From Candidatus Poribacteria bacterium (lineage in GTDB: Bacteria > Poribacteria > WGA-4E > WGA-3G), in assembly GCA_965198235.1 (NCBI GenBank), contig OZ240248.1, positions 2,784,001-2,848,000 of the forward strand: a stretch of DNA of 64,000 bases, written 5' to 3'. The notes under the pieces were generated by a model that saw nothing but the letters and a program-made list of their open reading frames with translations, did not search any database and was not told the DNA's origin. The position numbers and the translations under genes were made by a program. Every line of letters starts with the position of its first letter. Position 1 is the stretch's first letter. This document shows, piece by piece, positions 61,192 to 64,000 of this stretch.

Positions 61192-63999
61192 TCATCTCAA
61201 AATATCCTCGGGTCCGTAAGACTCTGTGAAGGTTGTCCAGATTTCTGTGCGTTTATCGAAACGGTTCAATCCACGATAGGTACCAAACCAGACATAGGGA
61301 CTATCTACAGACATAGAGAGGATACCGTTATGTGCCAAACCGTCCTCTCGGGTGTAAGTCGTCCAACTATTCGTCAACTGATCAAACCGACTGACCCCCG
61401 CGTTGTAGGTGCCAATCCAAACTTCAGCTCCATCAACACCGATAATGGTAATTTTGTTGCTGGCAAGTCCGTCTTCTGTCGTATAGGCAGCCCAAACTTC
61501 TGTCTTTTCGTTATAGAGTGTCACACCGCGGTCGCTGCCAAACCAGACATTGTCACCATCGATAGCGATACAACTGACTTCATCGCTCGCGAGTCCATCT
61601 TCCATTGTGATTGTTTTCCAGATGTCCCGACCAATGTCGTATCGGCTGACACCTCGGCGTGTACCGACCCAGACATGTCTCTTGCTCGCCGTGATACACC
61701 AAATTTGATCGGTAACCAATGACTCCGCGAACTCCTTAGATACAGCAGAAGGTTGAATCTCGGTCCCCGATGTGTAAGTAATCCACGCATTGAGGTCATC
61801 TGCTGTGCGGGGGTACTTCCCTATCCCAGAATTAGTCCCAACCCAGATGCTATCGCCATCGCTGCTCACGGAAGTCACATTGTTGGCAGGCAACCCATGC
61901 TCAGTTTTGTACTGATCCCACTGCAGGGCTATCTTATCAAAACGATTCGCCCCGTCGCGTGTACCGACCCAAACGTATTGTTCATCGACTACAATAGAAC
62001 TCACAACGTCATCGGAAAGACAGTCTTTCTTTTTTCGTCGATGCCGGTGCCAATGACCGCCGTGGGTTTCTATGTTTTCGGATCCGCCCTCCTGCTGATA
62101 ATTCTTCCAGCTCCCCAAAACCTTGTCATAGCGGGACATACCCTCTTCAGTACCGACCCAGACGAAACGTTCATCCGTATCTACTGTCCGAACGGTGCGT
62201 CCAATAAGTGTTGGCAGTGCTGCCAAGGGGGTCCAAGATTCTTTCCGTTTGTCATAACGGGAAAGTCCACGCAAGGTCCCCACCCATACGTAGTCCTCAT
62301 CCACTGCAAGCCCATACTCGCCGACATGGTTATGGAGGAGCCCTTTGATATCTTTAAACGTTGCCCATGTGCCGGAGGCGAAATGAAACCGTCGAAGCCC
62401 TTCGTTGGGTGCAGCTAACCACAGATAGTCGTCATCGGCTGCGAGTTCGAGCGTTCCGCGTCCCGATCTGATTGTCGTCCACTCCTTGTTCCGCCTGTCG
62501 TATCGGGTAACACCTGCATCTTCCCAGGGTCTGTAGAGTATCCAAACATCGTTCTCTGTTGCGATAATGCGTCTAATGGTATTCGCAGCAAGTACGTCAT
62601 TCGTCGAAAACGTCGTCCACTTTTTTGTCTTCTTATCGTATCGTGACAAGGGACGGTTGCTGCCTCTATCCCATTCCGAACGCGCAACCCAGATGAAATC
62701 GTCATCCACAGTAATCCATTCCCCGCCTCTACCTGCCAATCCATCCCTTGGTCCAAAATCCTTCCATTCACGGGTGATTTCATTGTAACGCGTGAGTCCA
62801 CGCCCAGATGCGAACCAGACATTCGGTCCATCAACCCCAATTGCCTTTACACGTTCAACCTCGCGGTTATCTTCTTGTTCAACTATTTCCCATGTTCCAG
62901 TCGCCTTACTATAATGGTTTAATTCCAAACCTATCATCGGAATGACCCAGACGCTCTGCTCACTCACAGCAATTTTATTCACATCGTTTGTAGAGAGTCC
63001 ATTTTCTGTCGTAAAATGCTGCCACGTATCTGTCATTTTATCATAACGGAGAATACCGTAGTCCGTTGTGAACCAGACTGCATCGGTATCCACATAGGTC
63101 CAACGGATGAGTGTCATAGATCTTTTCTGAGTAGACTGCAGAATATCTAAGCGTGTGAAACGCCGCCATGTTGCTGTTGGACGATGAAACCGCACAAGAG
63201 CACCATTCGGCGAAGCCGCCCAACTATTGAGCCAGATGTAATCCCCATCAAATTTGATATTTGAGACTCTGGTTTCAAGGAACGGCTCCCGCACCGGACG
63301 GGATTGATGTAGCACCTCTCTTCCACTTTGGGTGTCATATTCAACGAGACCGTTGTCTGTCGCCATCCAAAGTGTTTCATCTGCATCACACAGAATGTCA
63401 CGAACATTGTATGGCACGTTTGAAAGCGAATTCCAAGAATCGGAAGCAATTGTGTAGCTCCCCAAACCCTGGGGTGTGCCAATCCAAAGGATACCCTTTT
63501 GAAAGGCGAGTGCGGTGACATTGGGCGACGGCAATTGGTCATTAAAGGACAGTGGGGTCCAACGCTGCTGGGTGCTATCATACCTCGCAAGACCTCGGCG
63601 TGTCCCTGCCCAAAGCGTTTCTTCTGTGGGAGAGGTGTTTTTACTTGGGTGTTCCCCCGAATCTGTAGAAAGCAGCACGTTAACATACGGATTCGGAAGA
63701 CCATTGGCAACACGGTGCATCTGCTTATCGGCGATCGAGTATTGCCAAACACCCTCCGCACCCCCAAACCAGACCCTTTCCTCATGAGCAAGCACGGATA
63801 ATATGAGTAGATTTTTGGGCGTATCTGGCAGAGCCAGTTGCATCCACGCTTGAGATGCTGTGTCATACACCGCGGGACCGGAACTCGTACCAATCCAGAC
63901 AAGGTGATCCTGCGATGCGGGGCCCGTATCAACAGATGTCACAAAAGCTTCGCCTTGTGTCTCTGTTCGAGGCGGGACCTGAAATGTCCACTCTTCACC
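61192..63999 (-). CDS. Large multi-beta-propeller protein (Reg_prop-like repeats), 5' end outside the window
   Basis: Many VW(V/F)GT..G.SR(Y/F)D...W and GL..N.V repeats; frame open to the window edge. Confidence 0.88.
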   Translation of the reverse strand, partial: GEEWTFQVPPRTETQGEAFVTSVDTGPASQDHLVWIGTSSGPAVYDTASQAWMQLALPDTPKNLLILSVLAHEERVWFGGAEGVWQYSIADKQMHRVANGLPNPYVNVLLSTDSGEHPSKNTSPTEETLWAGTRRGLARYDSTQQRWTPLSFNDQLPSPNVTALAFQKGILWIGTPQGLGSYTIASDSWNSLSNVPYNVRDILCDADETLWMATDNGLVEYDTQSGREVLHQSRPVREPFLETRVSNIKFDGDYIWLNSWAASPNGALVRFHRPTATWRRFTRLDILQSTQKRSMTLIRWTYVDTDAVWFTTDYGILRYDKMTDTWQHFTTENGLSTNDVNKIAVSEQSVWVIPMIGLELNHYSKATGTWEIVEQEDNREVERVKAIGVDGPNVWFASGRGLTRYNEITREWKDFGPRDGLAGRGGEWITVDDDFIWVARSEWDRGSNRPLSRYDKKTKKWTTFSTNDVLAANTIRRIIATENDVWILYRPWEDAGVTRYDRRNKEWTTIRSGRGTLELAADDDYLWLAAPNEGLRRFHFASGTWATFKDIKGLLHNHVGEYGLAVDEDYVWVGTLRGLSRYDKRKESWTPLAALPTLIGRTVRTVDTDERFVWVGTEEGMSRYDKVLGSWKNYQQEGGSENIETHGGHWHRHRRKKKDCLSDDVVSSIVVDEQYVWVGTRDGANRFDKIALQWDQYKTEHGLPANNVTSVSSDGDSIWVGTNSGIGKYPRTADDLNAWITYTSGTEIQPSAVSKEFAESLVTDQIWCITASKRHVWVGTRRGVSRYDIGRDIWKTITMEDGLASDEVSCIAIDGDNVWFGSDRGVTLYNEKTEVWAAYTTEDGLASNKITIIGVDGAEVWIGTYNAGVSRFDQLTNSWTTYTREDGLAHNGILSMSVDSPYVWFGTYRGLNRFDKRTEIWTTFTESYGPEDILR

Positions 64000-64000
64000 T

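Noticed and set aside
61135-63801. Long plus-strand ORFs opposite the propeller gene, and other antisense ORFs in the window
   Set aside because: Shadows of well-supported genes on the other strand

Overview
Bacterial genomic window, most likely Candidatus Poribacteria. This is inferred from two secreted proteins ending in the lineage-typical 'LAVxPxxKLxxTWAxLK' tail and from dense intergenic repeats. The housekeeping backbone is a minus-strand tRNA operon (Pro, Arg, His, a degenerate Arg-like gene, Lys, Leu), leuS, rnj, leuC/leuD and guaB. Other genes include three MacB-type permeases plus a membrane fusion protein, PhoX, a hydroxyproline-type enolase/cyclodeaminase pair and several decayed genes and IS remnants. 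Highlights: (1) a probable bacterial selenoprotein N (SELENON) homologue split by an in-frame UGA (C-U-G-S-G) and followed by a bacterial SECIS-like hairpin, 52947-54539; (2) a MITE + cargo gene + IS701 composite transposon bounded by a 5-bp AGTAA duplication, 39151-41334; (3) an ElbD-like reductase-adenylation-ACP-acyltransferase lipid enzyme with a degenerate adenylation domain and a partner HAD gene; (4) palindromic elements sitting in frame inside protein genes. All homology calls are by eye from motifs; no searches were run.
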